Assembly: GCA_025355875.1 (NCBI GenBank)
Contig: JANXYV010000212.1
Span: 5,844 to 69,843, forward strand
DNA length: 64,000 nt
Direction: 5' to 3'
Source of the DNA: Prolixibacteraceae bacterium
GTDB taxonomy: Bacteria; Bacteroidota; Bacteroidia; Bacteroidales; Prolixibacteraceae
The notes under the pieces are model-generated. The model had not been told where the DNA came from and did no database searches. It saw nothing but the letters and a program-made list of their open reading frames with translations. Below are positions 10,517 to 21,277 of the stretch, in pieces (within the stretch, counting starts at the first letter, position 1; each line of letters opens with the position of its first letter). Made by a program: the position numbers and the translations under genes.

Positions 10517-11891
10517 AGTTCAACAATTGCTCTTTTACCGGTTCAACCAGTGTGTCGATGTCACCAGCACCCATCATGATCACAATTCCAGGTTTAAAAG
10601 TTTGTGCTATCTGCGGAAATTCCGCTTTGGTACATAATATCTTATTTTCATTTTTCATTTTCCCGAATATCAAATCAGAAGTTACACCTTCCATCGGCAA
10701 CTCACGCGCCGGATAAATATCGAGTAAAAAGATTTCGTCGAGCAAATCCAGACTTCGGGCAAATTCCTCAGCAAAATCCTTGGTGCGGCTGAAAAGGTGC
10801 GGTTGAAATACACCGGTAATCGTCCGGTCTTTATAAAGCTCGCGAACCGACTGAATAGTTGCCCGCAGTTCTTCAGGATGATGGGCATAATCATCTATCA
10901 GCACGAAATTTTCGTTTTTCAAATGCACATCAAACCGACGTTTAACTCCGGAATAGGAAGCCAAAGCTTTGCGAACCGATTCAGGAACTACTCCGGCTAA
11001 AAGGGCCAGGGCTGAAGCGGCCACCGAGTTTTCCACATTGAGCAAGCCAGGGTAATTCAATACCAGATTTTCAATCCTGATTTCAGGAGTCACCAGATCG
11101 AATTGGTAATATCCATCTTTCAGTTCAATATTTTCAGCACAATAATCTGCGGTATCCGTTATTGAATAGGTATATGATCTGTAATTTGCTTCAGGCTCAA
11201 AACCTATCGGAAGTCCTTTTTTGAATAATAAGGCACCGTCGTCTTTAATCTGAGAGGCAAACAACTGAAAGCTTTCGATCACTTTTTCGTGCGAACCGTA
11301 AATGTCCAGATGATCCGCATCCATCGAAGTAATCACTGCAAGTTCAGGTTTAAGCTGAAGGAACGAGCGGTCGAATTCATCGGCTTCGGCCACAATCCAT
11401 TCGCTGCCGGTTGAATCAAGCAGAAGATTCGTCTGGTAATTTTTGGAAATCCCTCCCAAAAAGGCGGAGCAACCTATTTCAGAAGTTTTCAGGATATGAG
11501 CTGTCATGGTCGATACCGATGTTTTTCCGTGAGTTCCGGCTACGGCTATGGTTCGCTGACTGTTACAGATAATTCCCAGGACCTCAGCCCGTTTATGAAT
11601 ATTGAAACCACGATCAATCAAAGCGTTTAATTCCTGATGGGTCGATGGAACTGCGGGAGTGTAAACGATCAGTGAATTGGAAATATACATTTTTGCAGGC
11701 AAGAGTGCAGGATCGTCTTCGTAATGAACAGCAATGCCTTCACGCTCAAGCGCAGCGGTCAATTCGGTTGGAGTCCGGTCGTATCCCGAAACAATGATGC
11801 CATGACTCGCAAAATAACGGGCCAGGGCGCTCATCCCTATTCCTCCGATTCCGAGGAAATACACTTGTTTTATGTCGGTAAAATTTAACAT
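10503..11891 (-). CDS. murC: UDP-N-acetylmuramate--L-alanine ligase
   Basis: GIGGIGMSALA, AVAGTHGKTS, EADEFDRSF, DDYAHHP, FQPHLFSRT. Confidence 0.97.
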   Translation of the reverse strand: MLNFTDIKQVYFLGIGGIGMSALARYFASHGIIVSGYDRTPTELTAALEREGIAVHYEDDPALLPAKMYISNSLIVYTPAVPSTHQELNALIDRGFNIHKRAEVLGIICNSQRTIAVAGTHGKTSVSTMTAHILKTSEIGCSAFLGGISKNYQTNLLLDSTGSEWIVAEADEFDRSFLQLKPELAVITSMDADHLDIYGSHEKVIESFQLFASQIKDDGALLFKKGLPIGFEPEANYRSYTYSITDTADYCAENIELKDGYYQFDLVTPEIRIENLVLNYPGLLNVENSVAASALALLAGVVPESVRKALASYSGVKRRFDVHLKNENFVLIDDYAHHPEELRATIQSVRELYKDRTITGVFQPHLFSRTKDFAEEFARSLDLLDEIFLLDIYPARELPMEGVTSDLIFGKMKNENKILCTKAEFPQIAQTFKPGIVIMMGAGDIDTLVEPVKEQLLNYEDR

Positions 11892-11940
11892 TCGTATCTA
11901 TTATCTTTTTGTAATCACATTTTTGAAGGCCTTTTCCATT

Positions 11941-11989
11941 TCGTCCGAAAGACCAACAACGCCATGTTCTTCTTTATCCCGCGGACGGT
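11941..11989. repeat. Palindromic element (CGTCCG...CGGACG arms)
   Basis: Inverted arms at 11942-11947 and 11982-11987 in the murG-murC spacer. Family membership is an inference. Confidence 0.4.
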
Positions 11990-12007
11990 TTTCCTCTTCC
12001 TATTCTT

Positions 12008-12055
12008 CCCCCGGGTTAAAACCCGGGGTTATTGATATATCGCCCTTTCAGGGCT
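12008..12055. repeat. REP-like double hairpin
   Basis: CCCCGGGTT-aa-AACCCGGGG (12009-12028) and GCCCT-ttc-AGGGC (12042-12054). Confidence 0.65.
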
Positions 12056-12083
12056 GAAAACTTCCTAATCCCGATTCCCAAAT

Positions 12084-12114
12084 CCTTCCCCCTACGGGGG
12101 AATTAGAAGGGGGC
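12084..12114 (-). repeat. GC-rich REP unit overlapping the murG stop
   Basis: Minus strand GCCCCCTTCTAATTCCCCC-GTA-GGGGGAAGG, nearly identical in layout to 31911-31943. Confidence 0.75.
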
Positions 12115-13215
12115 TGTCTTTACTACTCCCAAAATCACATCCACAATATCTTTTGCTGCATTAGGTCGTCCCAGCTTTTTAATATTTTCTGAAAGGCTTT
12201 TCAACCGCGGTTTATCGCTGAGCAATATAAAGGTCTCTTTCAATAAATACTCCTTCGAATCGGCATCTTTTATCAACAAAGTAGCCTGATTATCAACCAA
12301 CGACTGCGCGTTTTTGGTCTGATGGTCTTCGGCCACGTTAGGCGATGGAACCAAAACTGATGGTTTCCCCAACAAACATAGTTCTGAAATGGTCCCTGCT
12401 CCGGCTCTCGAAATCACCACATCGGCTACTGCGTAGGCCAGATCCATGCGTGATACAAACTCCATAGGATGCAGATTATCAGGACAATTAGTTCCCAAAC
12501 GTTCCAGCATTTCCTTGAAGTAATAACTACCAGTTTGCCAGATAATCTGAGCTTTCGTATTTTGAATCAGCTTCAGGTTTTCCATCACACTTTCGTTGAG
12601 GGTGCGGGCTCCCAGGCTTCCGCCAATAATCAATACCACTGGTTTTTCAGAATCCAGCCTGAAATACGCCAATGCTTCATTCTTGTTTACCACCTTGCCG
12701 ATCAGATTTTTACGGACAGGATTTCCGGTCAGCACAATCTTATCAGCCGGGAAATAGCGTTCCATGTTGGGATAGGCCACACATATTTTATCCACCTTCG
12801 AAGCCAGCAATTTGTTGGTCACCCCTGCATAGGAGTTCTGTTCCTGAAGTACCGCCGGAACGCCGCTCCGAACTGCGGCTTTCAGAACCGGTCCACTGGC
12901 AAATCCGCCGACCCCAATGGCGACATCAGGCCCGAAATCAGCAATTATTTTATTTGCCTGGCGCATGCTTTGATATAATTTCAGAAAAAAAGTAACCATT
13001 TTGAACGACGGCTTTCGTGGAAAACCCATGACCGGCAGACCAATAATGCGATATCCTGCAGCCGGGACGCGTTCCATTTCCATCTTGCCCAATGCGCCGA
13101 CAAACAAAATTTCGCTTTCAGGGAAACGGTCCTTCAGCTCATTGGCAATCGAAATAGCCGGGAAAATATGTCCCCCGGTTCCGCCTCCGCTAACTATGAC
13201 CTTCAGTTTTTTCAT
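12103..13215 (-). CDS. murG: MurG glycosyltransferase
   Basis: SGGGTGGHIFPA, EQNSYAG, GGSLGA, SRAGAGT. Start moved to ATG 13215 (MKKLKVIV), just after the ftsW stop. Confidence 0.97.
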   Translation of the reverse strand: MKKLKVIVSGGGTGGHIFPAISIANELKDRFPESEILFVGALGKMEMERVPAAGYRIIGLPVMGFPRKPSFKMVTFFLKLYQSMRQANKIIADFGPDVAIGVGGFASGPVLKAAVRSGVPAVLQEQNSYAGVTNKLLASKVDKICVAYPNMERYFPADKIVLTGNPVRKNLIGKVVNKNEALAYFRLDSEKPVVLIIGGSLGARTLNESVMENLKLIQNTKAQIIWQTGSYYFKEMLERLGTNCPDNLHPMEFVSRMDLAYAVADVVISRAGAGTISELCLLGKPSVLVPSPNVAEDHQTKNAQSLVDNQATLLIKDADSKEYLLKETFILLSDKPRLKSLSENIKKLGRPNAAKDIVDVILGVVKTAPF

Positions 13216-13216
13216 A

Positions 13217-14431
13217 TTACAAAGCCTGATCTTCGTTAGGTGAATCAACCACTACGAGAGGCTCAGCTGCCGCCCTATTTTTTTGATTATTTGCACTAAC
13301 TGCCAGAATGATCCCAAACGATGCCGCCGTAAACAACATTGACGAACCACCCATACTGACCCATGGAAGCGGTTGCCCGGTTACCGGAACTGCCCCGACC
13401 GAGACCGCCATATTGATGAATGCCTGAAAGGTCATGAGCAGAACCAAACCGGTCACCATAAATGCTGGAAAAGTGCGGTCACACCGCCGAACGACAATTA
13501 CCCCACGAAACAGTAATATCAGGTAAAGCAGGGCCAGGAATGCTCCTCCCACGAAACCATATTCTTCAATAAAAATTGCATAAATAAAATCGTTATAACC
13601 CGCTTCCATATAGTTACTCACCTCGCTGTTGCCGGGACCTTTGCCAAACATTCCACCTTCAAAAACAGCCAGCCGTGCATATTCGGCCTGGGTTGTACCC
13701 GCTGCAGCATTGTTGTCGCCATGAATAAAATCGTCGATACGCCCTTTGACTGTTTGAATTCGTCCCATTTGGCCAATACTGTTTGGGAAGACGGTTGCAG
13801 CGCCGTAAATCAGAAACACTGCGACAATTCCGATTCCAACCAGAGATAAAATATATTTGAAAGGCATGCGGGCAATCAGCATCAAAATCATGATGGTGAA
13901 AAAGATAAGAGCTGCGGTCGAAAAGTTGCTCATGAAAACCAGAAAGCAGACCACTCCGGAAACTCCGGTAATCCAGTAAAAAGCCATCCGGAGTTCTTCT
14001 TCGGTTCGTTGTGCTTTCGATAAAAGCCTCGATGCATACATGATCAGTGAGATCTTGGCCAACTCAGCCGGCTGAAAACTGATGAAGGGCATCGTCAGCG
14101 ACCGGGAGGTTTCCTTGTTGACATTGCCAGTCAACTTGTATTGGATAATTGCCAGAATCAAGGTCAGGATAGTAATTCCGATCAGAATGGGAGACAACTT
14201 AAAATACACTACCACCGGAACAACATTAACTGCAAGAAGCATTATTCCGAAACCTGCCAGAATAAAAACAATCTGACGAACCAGATAGTGCAAGGTGTTC
14301 CCGTTTGCTTCACGATAGGCCAGTTTTCCGGTTGCACTGTATACAATTACCAATGAAATCAATGATAAAAATATCAGTATGACCCAGAGTGTCACGTCTC
14401 CTTTAAATATTTTTGCCAGCTTTCCTGCCAT
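13217..14431 (-). CDS. ftsW: FtsW SEDS peptidoglycan polymerase
   Basis: FQPAELAK, YNDFIYAIFIEEYG, PVTGQPLPWVSMGGSS. Confidence 0.93.
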   Translation of the reverse strand: MAGKLAKIFKGDVTLWVILIFLSLISLVIVYSATGKLAYREANGNTLHYLVRQIVFILAGFGIMLLAVNVVPVVVYFKLSPILIGITILTLILAIIQYKLTGNVNKETSRSLTMPFISFQPAELAKISLIMYASRLLSKAQRTEEELRMAFYWITGVSGVVCFLVFMSNFSTAALIFFTIMILMLIARMPFKYILSLVGIGIVAVFLIYGAATVFPNSIGQMGRIQTVKGRIDDFIHGDNNAAAGTTQAEYARLAVFEGGMFGKGPGNSEVSNYMEAGYNDFIYAIFIEEYGFVGGAFLALLYLILLFRGVIVVRRCDRTFPAFMVTGLVLLMTFQAFINMAVSVGAVPVTGQPLPWVSMGGSSMLFTAASFGIILAVSANNQKNRAAAEPLVVVDSPNEDQAL

Positions 14432-14432
14432 T

Positions 14433-15770
14433 TTACAATTCTCTTACCGACTGTTTAAACTGATGACCGCGGTCTTCGTAATTCTCGAACAAATCAAAAC
14501 TCGCACAAGCAGGCGAAAGCAAAACTGTCTCGCCCTTTTTTGCCAGATAATATGCCGATCGCACAGCATCCATCATCGACTGAGTTTCAACCATTTCGAG
14601 TCCAAAATTCCGGAAAGCATCCAGAATTTTTGAATTGTCGATCCCAAGGCAAACAATGGCTTTTACTTTCGCTTTCACCAAATCGTACAATTCCGAATAG
14701 TCGTTCCCTTTGTCAATTCCACCAACAATCCAGACAGTTTTCTGGGTCATACTTTCAAGAGCATACCAGGTGGAATTGATGTTGGTTGCTTTTGAATCGT
14801 TGATAAACTCGATACCATGAACTTTCAAAAAACGCTCGAGCCGGTGTTCGACACCTTTAAAGTCGGCCATGCTCTCGCGGATTTTTTCGCTCCTGATATT
14901 GACTACCATTCCTGAAATACCCGCAGCCATTGAGTTGTAGGTATTATGATTTCCCTGTAAGGCAATATCTAAAATAGACATAGTGAAAATATTTTTTCCC
15001 CAGTTAATAATCAGTTTGTGGTCTTTAAATCCGGCACCTTCAGCCGGCGGTTCGCCCAGTGTGAACGGAATACATCGGGCAACCATTTTCCGTTTCAACA
15101 TCTCCGGTTTAATCACCGGATCATCGGCACAGTAAATGAAAACGTCGCTGGCAGTCTGGTTTTGTGTAATTCTGAATTTTGAATCGATGTAATTCTGCAT
15201 GTTGTATTCGTACCGATCTAAATGATCGGGGGTGATATTCAGCAAAATGGCTATGTCAGCTTTAAATTCGTACATACCATCGAGCTGGAAACTGCTCAGT
15301 TCAATCACGTAATAATCAAAATCCTTTTCGGCCACCTGCCAGGCCATACTTTGTCCAACATTACCAGCCAGTCCTGCGTTCAATCCGGCTTGCTGAAAAA
15401 TATGATGGATCAGCATTGTGGTCGTGGTTTTTCCATTACTTCCGGTGATGCAAACTTTCTTTGCTGAAGTGTACCTTCCGGCGAACTCGATTTCAGAAAT
15501 CACCGGAATATGCTTTTCTTTCAGTGCTTTAATGATCGGAGCTTTATCAGGAATGCCCGGGCTTTTGATCACCAAATCAGCCTCAAGTATTCTTACTTCG
15601 GAATGTTGGCCTTCTTCAAAATCAAATCCGCGTTGGATCAGTTCAGCTTTGTATTTCTGCTTGATCGCTCCCAGATCGGAAACGAACACGTCGAAACCCT
15701 GCTTGCGGGCCAGGATCGCTGCACCAACTCCGCTCTCTGCGGCTCCCAATATGACTGCTATTTTGTTCAT
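14433..15770 (-). CDS. murD: UDP-MurNAc-L-Ala--D-Glu ligase
   Basis: ITGSNGKTTT, ELSSFQL, PDHLDRY, NDSKATN, SPACASFD. Confidence 0.97.
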   Translation of the reverse strand: MNKIAVILGAAESGVGAAILARKQGFDVFVSDLGAIKQKYKAELIQRGFDFEEGQHSEVRILEADLVIKSPGIPDKAPIIKALKEKHIPVISEIEFAGRYTSAKKVCITGSNGKTTTTMLIHHIFQQAGLNAGLAGNVGQSMAWQVAEKDFDYYVIELSSFQLDGMYEFKADIAILLNITPDHLDRYEYNMQNYIDSKFRITQNQTASDVFIYCADDPVIKPEMLKRKMVARCIPFTLGEPPAEGAGFKDHKLIINWGKNIFTMSILDIALQGNHNTYNSMAAGISGMVVNIRSEKIRESMADFKGVEHRLERFLKVHGIEFINDSKATNINSTWYALESMTQKTVWIVGGIDKGNDYSELYDLVKAKVKAIVCLGIDNSKILDAFRNFGLEMVETQSMMDAVRSAYYLAKKGETVLLSPACASFDLFENYEDRGHQFKQSVREL

Positions 15771-17020
15771 TAGCGCATTTTCAAAGTCACTATTGTTAAC
15801 ACTGCCAGAATAATTCCAACAATCCAGAAGCGGGTTACAATTTTTGGTTCTGGAATTCCCTGCTTTTGAAAATGATGGTGGATCGGACTCATCAGGAATA
15901 TCCTCCGGCCTTCACCGTATTTTCTTCTTGTATATTTGAAATAAGCAACCTGAATAACCACAGAAAGATTTTCGATGACAAAAATTCCGCACAAAATCGG
16001 GATCAGGATTTCCTTCCTGATGATAATGGCAAAAACTGCCAGGATACCTCCGAGCGCCAAACTGCCGGTGTCGCCCATGAAAACCTGTGCCGGATACGAA
16101 TTATACCAGAGAAACCCGACCGTCGCACCAATGAAAGCGGATATGAAAACAGTCAGCTCACCTAAATTCGGGATGTACATGATATTCAGATAATCGGCAT
16201 AAATGACGTTACCGCTCACATAGGCCAGTATCCCGAGGGTGGCTCCGCTGATGGCCGAAGTTCCGGTCGCCAGCCCGTCAATGCCATCGGTAAGGTTGGC
16301 GGCATTCGAAACTGCTGTGATAATCAGTATGATGGCCAGTGCATATACCACCCAACGCCAGGTTTTTGCACTTTTCCCCATAAAAGCCACGAGCAAACCA
16401 TAATTAAACTCGTGATTCTTCATGAACGGGATTGTGGTCCGTGTCGATTTAACCGGTTTGGTAACATGCTGCAAACGTTTCTGGCCGGTAATACTGTCAG
16501 TTATCATTTCTTTCACAAACATTCCGTTGGCATCTACCACCCTTTGGCGAACCACCACTTCATCCGAAAAATACAAAGTCGCTGCAACAATGACCCCCAA
16601 CGAAACCTGACCTAAAATCTTAAACTTTCCGGCCAGACCTTTTTTATCTTTCAGGAAAACTTTGATATAATCGTCGGCAAATCCGATAAGTCCAAGCCAA
16701 ATGGTGGTTGTCAGCATCAGCAGGATGTAAATATTGTCGAGACGGGCTAATAAAATAGTAGGAATAATGATAGAAGCCAAAATAATAAGACCGCCCATCG
16801 TTGGAGTTCCTTTTTTCTGCATTTGCCCTTCAAGCCCTAAATCGCGAACCTCTTCTCCAATTTGTTTTCTTTGCAAAAAGCGGATCAGGCTTTTCCCAAA
16901 TCCGATGGTTATGAGCAACGACAGGATGATTGCCGCACCCGAACGGAAAGAGATGTACTGAAACATTCCCAGTCCCGGAATGTCCCAATCTTTTAAAAGA
17001 TGATACAAATAGTATAACAT
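15770..17020 (-). CDS. mraY: Phospho-MurNAc-pentapeptide transferase
   Basis: [34 protein letters not shown]. Confidence 0.97.
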   Translation of the reverse strand: MLYYLYHLLKDWDIPGLGMFQYISFRSGAAIILSLLITIGFGKSLIRFLQRKQIGEEVRDLGLEGQMQKKGTPTMGGLIILASIIIPTILLARLDNIYILLMLTTTIWLGLIGFADDYIKVFLKDKKGLAGKFKILGQVSLGVIVAATLYFSDEVVVRQRVVDANGMFVKEMITDSITGQKRLQHVTKPVKSTRTTIPFMKNHEFNYGLLVAFMGKSAKTWRWVVYALAIILIITAVSNAANLTDGIDGLATGTSAISGATLGILAYVSGNVIYADYLNIMYIPNLGELTVFISAFIGATVGFLWYNSYPAQVFMGDTGSLALGGILAVFAIIIRKEILIPILCGIFVIENLSVVIQVAYFKYTRRKYGEGRRIFLMSPIHHHFQKQGIPEPKIVTRFWIVGIILAVLTIVTLKMR

Positions 17021-17031
17021 AGCATCCAGTT

Positions 17032-18489
17032 TTAATTATTCCCGAACAGTTCGTTGATCACTTCCTTGTCGTCAAAATGATATTTCACTCCTTTTATTTC
17101 CTGATAATCTTCATGTCCTTTCCCTGCAATCAGTATGATATCCCCCGGTTTGGCCAGCATGCAGGCAGTTTTGATGGCTTCACGCCGATTCACGATCGAC
17201 AAAACCTTGTGCTTTTGATGAGCTTCGATTCCGGCTTCCATGTCGGCCAGAATTTGCTCCGGTTCTTCCGAACGCGGATTATCCGAAGTCAAAATCACTT
17301 TATCGCTTTGTTTCGCAGCTTCGAAGGCCATCTCCGGACGTTTCGATTTGTCACGGTCACCACCAGCTCCAACTACGGTGATAATTTGTTCGTTACCGGT
17401 TCTGATTTCTGTAATTCCTGAAAGCACATTCTGAATGGCATCGGGTGTGTGGGCGTAATCGACCACTGCATATTTTCCCTCCGGAGAACGGATGATTTCG
17501 AAACGGCCTGAAACCGGGCGCAGTTCACTCAAAATCCGGAGAATATCTTCTTCTTCCACTCCCAGCAGAATGCTTGCACCCATCACAGCCATCAGGTTAC
17601 TGGCATTGAAAACCCCTGTAAAATGAGTCCAGACCTCGTGCCCGCCGATATTCAGGAGCATTCCGTCGAAATGTTTTTCGATTACCTTGCAATGGAAATT
17701 GGCCAGCGAGCGCAGCGAATAGGTCTGTTTCGAAGCTTTGGTATTCTGAAGCATTACCATTCCGTTTTTATCATCGGCATTGATCAGCGCAAAAGCTGAT
17801 TGAGATAATTGGTCGAAAAATTTCTTTTTGGCTTTCAGGTATTCGGCAAAAGTGAGGTGGTAATCCAGATGGTCGTGGGTGAGGTTGGTAAAAATACCAC
17901 CGTCGAACTCAATTCCACTCGTCCGGTCCTGATCAAGTGCATGAGAACTGACTTCCATGAAGCAATACTGGCATCCGGCTTCGACCATTTTAGCCATTAG
18001 TTCCTGAATTTGCAAGGCATCCGGAGTAGTATGCGTAGCAGGAAAATCTTCTTTCCCGACATAATATTTGATAGTCGAAATCAAGCCGACCTGATATCCA
18101 AGCAGAGTAAAAGTCTTATAAAGCAGTGATGCAATGGTGGTTTTACCGTTGGTTCCGGTTACGCCAACCACTTTCAGGTTCGCCGATGGAAAATCGTAAA
18201 AAGCCGCGGCCATCTTACCCAAATTGACCTGCGTACCGGCCATTTTTACCAGAACCACTCCGGAAGGAATATTTTCTGGGACAAGTTCGCAAACCACAGC
18301 AACAGCGCCCATTTCAACGGCCTTTAAAATATATTGGTGCCCATCGACATGCGAACCTTTCACCGCCACAAACAAATCGCCGGGTTTCACGTTCCGCGAA
18401 TCAAATTGAATACCTGAAACCAAAACCGATAAATTGCCTTCCGTTCCGTGTATTTCCAAACCAGCTATCAGCTCTCGCAGGGTTTTCAT
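17032..18489 (-). CDS. murE: UDP-MurNAc-tripeptide synthetase (meso-DAP type)
   Basis: [28 protein letters not shown] (DAP-specific motif), AGKGHE. Confidence 0.97.
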   Translation of the reverse strand: MKTLRELIAGLEIHGTEGNLSVLVSGIQFDSRNVKPGDLFVAVKGSHVDGHQYILKAVEMGAVAVVCELVPENIPSGVVLVKMAGTQVNLGKMAAAFYDFPSANLKVVGVTGTNGKTTIASLLYKTFTLLGYQVGLISTIKYYVGKEDFPATHTTPDALQIQELMAKMVEAGCQYCFMEVSSHALDQDRTSGIEFDGGIFTNLTHDHLDYHLTFAEYLKAKKKFFDQLSQSAFALINADDKNGMVMLQNTKASKQTYSLRSLANFHCKVIEKHFDGMLLNIGGHEVWTHFTGVFNASNLMAVMGASILLGVEEEDILRILSELRPVSGRFEIIRSPEGKYAVVDYAHTPDAIQNVLSGITEIRTGNEQIITVVGAGGDRDKSKRPEMAFEAAKQSDKVILTSDNPRSEEPEQILADMEAGIEAHQKHKVLSIVNRREAIKTACMLAKPGDIILIAGKGHEDYQEIKGVKYHFDDKEVINELFGNN

Positions 18490-20912
18490 TGTTGTGGTTT
18501 TTTAATTGGGTTCATGGTTGTAGCTGCTGCTTTGATCTTCTTATCCATTGCTTTTTTGGCCGCAATCTTTGCTTTCCATCGGTCGATGGCAGCCTGATTC
18601 GGTTTTGGCTTAACTACGGGTTTTTTAACTGCTTTCGTTTTCGATGGCGATTTCTGATCTACTTTTGGCGCTTTTGGCGGTATGCTTGTTTTTGGCTCAG
18701 GTTTTGGTTTTTCCAAAGGTATGGCCGACAGGATTGGTCCCTGGATGGAATCTCTTTTTCCGAGACTGTCTTTTTTCATGAGTTGAAGTTCATCGAAACC
18801 CAAATCAAGGCTGACAGTCTCTCCTTTTGCACAGATCATTCCCGAACTTGGCGATTGTCTGAAAACACGTCCAAATCCAGTGGTTTTTGTTTGAAATCCG
18901 TTTTTTTCCAGCAGATAAACAGCATCTCCTGCTCCCATTCCAACCACATCGGGCAGAGTACCTGGAATGTCATTCACCCCTTTGATGTAAACGGTAGTCG
19001 TATCATATGCAATGGCAACATGGTCGGCGGTCATATTTTCCATGATCGTTTTAAATCCCAGATCCCTTGAAAACAGCATCACATCTTCTTTCAGACCAGG
19101 TTTTACCAGGGGCACTTCATTGTGCTTCGGAATTGAATCGGGCGCTGGATCGAGATAGGAAGCATATACTTTGTCGGCAATTCCCTTAAATACCGGACCA
19201 GCCACAGAACCTCCGTAATATGCTCCTTTGGGGCCGACTATAACTACAATGATACTGTATTTCGGATCGTCAGCCGGAAAGTAGCCGCAAAACGAAGCCT
19301 GGTATTTTTTTGTTCCACCTACCCCATATCCTTTGTTTTCATCGGCAATTACTGCGGTGCCGGTTTTCCCAGCCAGTGTATAATATTTGTTCTTCAGCGA
19401 TTTTCCCGTACCTCTTATAACGACACCTTTGAGCATATTCTGGGCTTTCCCCAGGGTGGATTTTGAACAAATCGACGGATTGACTACTTCTGTTCTAAAC
19501 TTCCGGATTGGAATACCGTTTTCCCTGATTTCTTCAATGAATTTTGGTTTCACCATCACCCCATTGTTTGCCACAGCATTGTAAAAAGTGAGTGTTTGGA
19601 TAGGCGCAATTTTTATTTCGTAACCATGGGCAATCCAGGCCAGCGAAGGTCCCCACCAGTCGGGATCGGTTGGATATTTGATCCGGGGTTCTGCCTCGCC
19701 TAGGAATCCGAGTCCCAGTTGCTTGTTCAAGCCGAAACTATAGAGGCGGTCAATGAATTCTCTCTCTTTGCCCTCATAATATTTGACAATGATTTTTGCC
19801 GTACCGATATTGGAAGAGAGTTCAAAAGTTCTTTTCAAAGTGATCAGACCGTGACCGCCATGATCGTAATCGCTGTCTTTCATCTTCTGTCCCTTGTATT
19901 CCCACAAACCACGACCGGTGTCGACCATATCGGATGTATCGGCATAACCCGCGTCCATGGCAGCAATCAGCGACATCAGCTTAAAAGTTGAACCCGGCTC
20001 ACTGCACCCGGCGTGACCAAAAGCAAAATTGTACGTTTCGCCATAAGTTCCGTCTTTCTTGAGACCCATGTTGGCCACGGCTTTGATGTTGCCGGTTTTC
20101 ACTTCCATCACAATGGCAGTGCCCCATTCAGCCTGGCTGGTTTCCATTTGTTTGCCCAGGGCAGTTTGGGCATAATCCTGAAGGTTGACATTGAGCGTGG
20201 TAACTACATCTTTTCCTTCCTGAGGTTCGACCAATGGAGTATTGATCCAGCTCCCGGAGAAATTGCGTTTGAGAGCCAGTCCATTCACACCGGCCAGATA
20301 ATTTTCTGACAAACCTTCGACTCCGGTATATCCAACATTTCCATGCACTCCGCCAAATACACCTTTATTGAGAACACCAATGGTCCGGCTGGCCAGATCG
20401 CCATGAGGCAAAATGCGCCTGTTTTCGGTCACAGCAATCAAACCCGATCCGAAACGACTGCGGTGCATTGATTTTAATTGTCTGAATTCCTGGTATTTAT
20501 TATGGTCGATTTGTTCCGGATTAATCAAAAACCACCGGTTCTTTTTATCGAACGCTGTGGTCAGCCGGCTGCGGAATTCGCTGGCCGGGAAACCAAAAAA
20601 TGCGGACATTTCAGCAATCATCGATTCCGAATCCTTCGAAAATATTTCCTGAATCCTGGGGGCAAGCATGTCGAGCCTCAACTCGTAATAGGGCACCGAG
20701 GTAGACAAAACGCTTCCGTCGTCGGCACAAATATTCCCGCGTTTGGCCCAGATTTCGGTGGTATTGCTCTTCAGGTCTTTGGCAATGGCTTGCCATTTCT
20801 CGGTATCCACATTCTGAATCAGGAGAATCCGGCCAATAATAACAAGTCCGAACAAGGCAATCGCAAAATAGACGACCCCAAATCGTAAGGTTATGGCTTT
20901 CCTGATTTCCAT
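18486..20912 (-). CDS. ftsI: Penicillin-binding protein 3 with PASTA domain and long K/P/A-rich tail
   Basis: EPGSTFK (SxxK), SSN, KTG motifs; PASTA (LPDVVGMGAGDAVYLLEKNG). Confidence 0.93.
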   Translation of the reverse strand: MEIRKAITLRFGVVYFAIALFGLVIIGRILLIQNVDTEKWQAIAKDLKSNTTEIWAKRGNICADDGSVLSTSVPYYELRLDMLAPRIQEIFSKDSESMIAEMSAFFGFPASEFRSRLTTAFDKKNRWFLINPEQIDHNKYQEFRQLKSMHRSRFGSGLIAVTENRRILPHGDLASRTIGVLNKGVFGGVHGNVGYTGVEGLSENYLAGVNGLALKRNFSGSWINTPLVEPQEGKDVVTTLNVNLQDYAQTALGKQMETSQAEWGTAIVMEVKTGNIKAVANMGLKKDGTYGETYNFAFGHAGCSEPGSTFKLMSLIAAMDAGYADTSDMVDTGRGLWEYKGQKMKDSDYDHGGHGLITLKRTFELSSNIGTAKIIVKYYEGKEREFIDRLYSFGLNKQLGLGFLGEAEPRIKYPTDPDWWGPSLAWIAHGYEIKIAPIQTLTFYNAVANNGVMVKPKFIEEIRENGIPIRKFRTEVVNPSICSKSTLGKAQNMLKGVVIRGTGKSLKNKYYTLAGKTGTAVIADENKGYGVGGTKKYQASFCGYFPADDPKYSIIVVIVGPKGAYYGGSVAGPVFKGIADKVYASYLDPAPDSIPKHNEVPLVKPGLKEDVMLFSRDLGFKTIMENMTADHVAIAYDTTTVYIKGVNDIPGTLPDVVGMGAGDAVYLLEKNGFQTKTTGFGRVFRQSPSSGMICAKGETVSLDLGFDELQLMKKDSLGKRDSIQGPILSAIPLEKPKPEPKTSIPPKAPKVDQKSPSKTKAVKKPVVKPKPNQAAIDRWKAKIAAKKAMDKKIKAAATTMNPIKKPQQ

Positions 20913-21277
20913 TATTTTTTCTCCAGTTTTTTTACTTTGATTCGTTTGGCAGGCTCAGTGGGTTCAATCAGATCTATTTTCCGTTCAACTACCCTCCGTG
21001 TAACTTCGGAAGGCCGGTTGATATACATGAGCTGCGTTTCGTGAATAACAGATTCTGTCTTATATTCCTTGAGTGAATCACGCACTGCTTCCATTTTCCG
21101 GATTGTTTTTTCGGTCCAGTACCGGTTCGTGATCAGGCCAATGCCCAGAAATGCCAGAAAAAACACAAAAGGCAACTGTTTGGTCACCTGCTCGCTGGCC
21201 AAAATGGTTCCTCCCAAGACATTCTTGAAGTTCCTTGCCGAAAACCTCTTGTTTTTCTTTTCCTTTTGCTCTGTCAT
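20912..21277 (-). CDS. ftsL: FtsL-like cell division protein
   Basis: Short, one TM plus coiled coil, between rsmH and ftsI. Confidence 0.8.
   Translation of the reverse strand: MTEQKEKKNKRFSARNFKNVLGGTILASEQVTKQLPFVFFLAFLGIGLITNRYWTEKTIRKMEAVRDSLKEYKTESVIHETQLMYINRPSEVTRRVVERKIDLIEPTEPAKRIKVKKLEKK

Noticed and set aside
17020-17032. murF and ddl absent from the dcw cluster
   Set aside because: Normal arrangement in Bacteroidota; these genes lie elsewhere.
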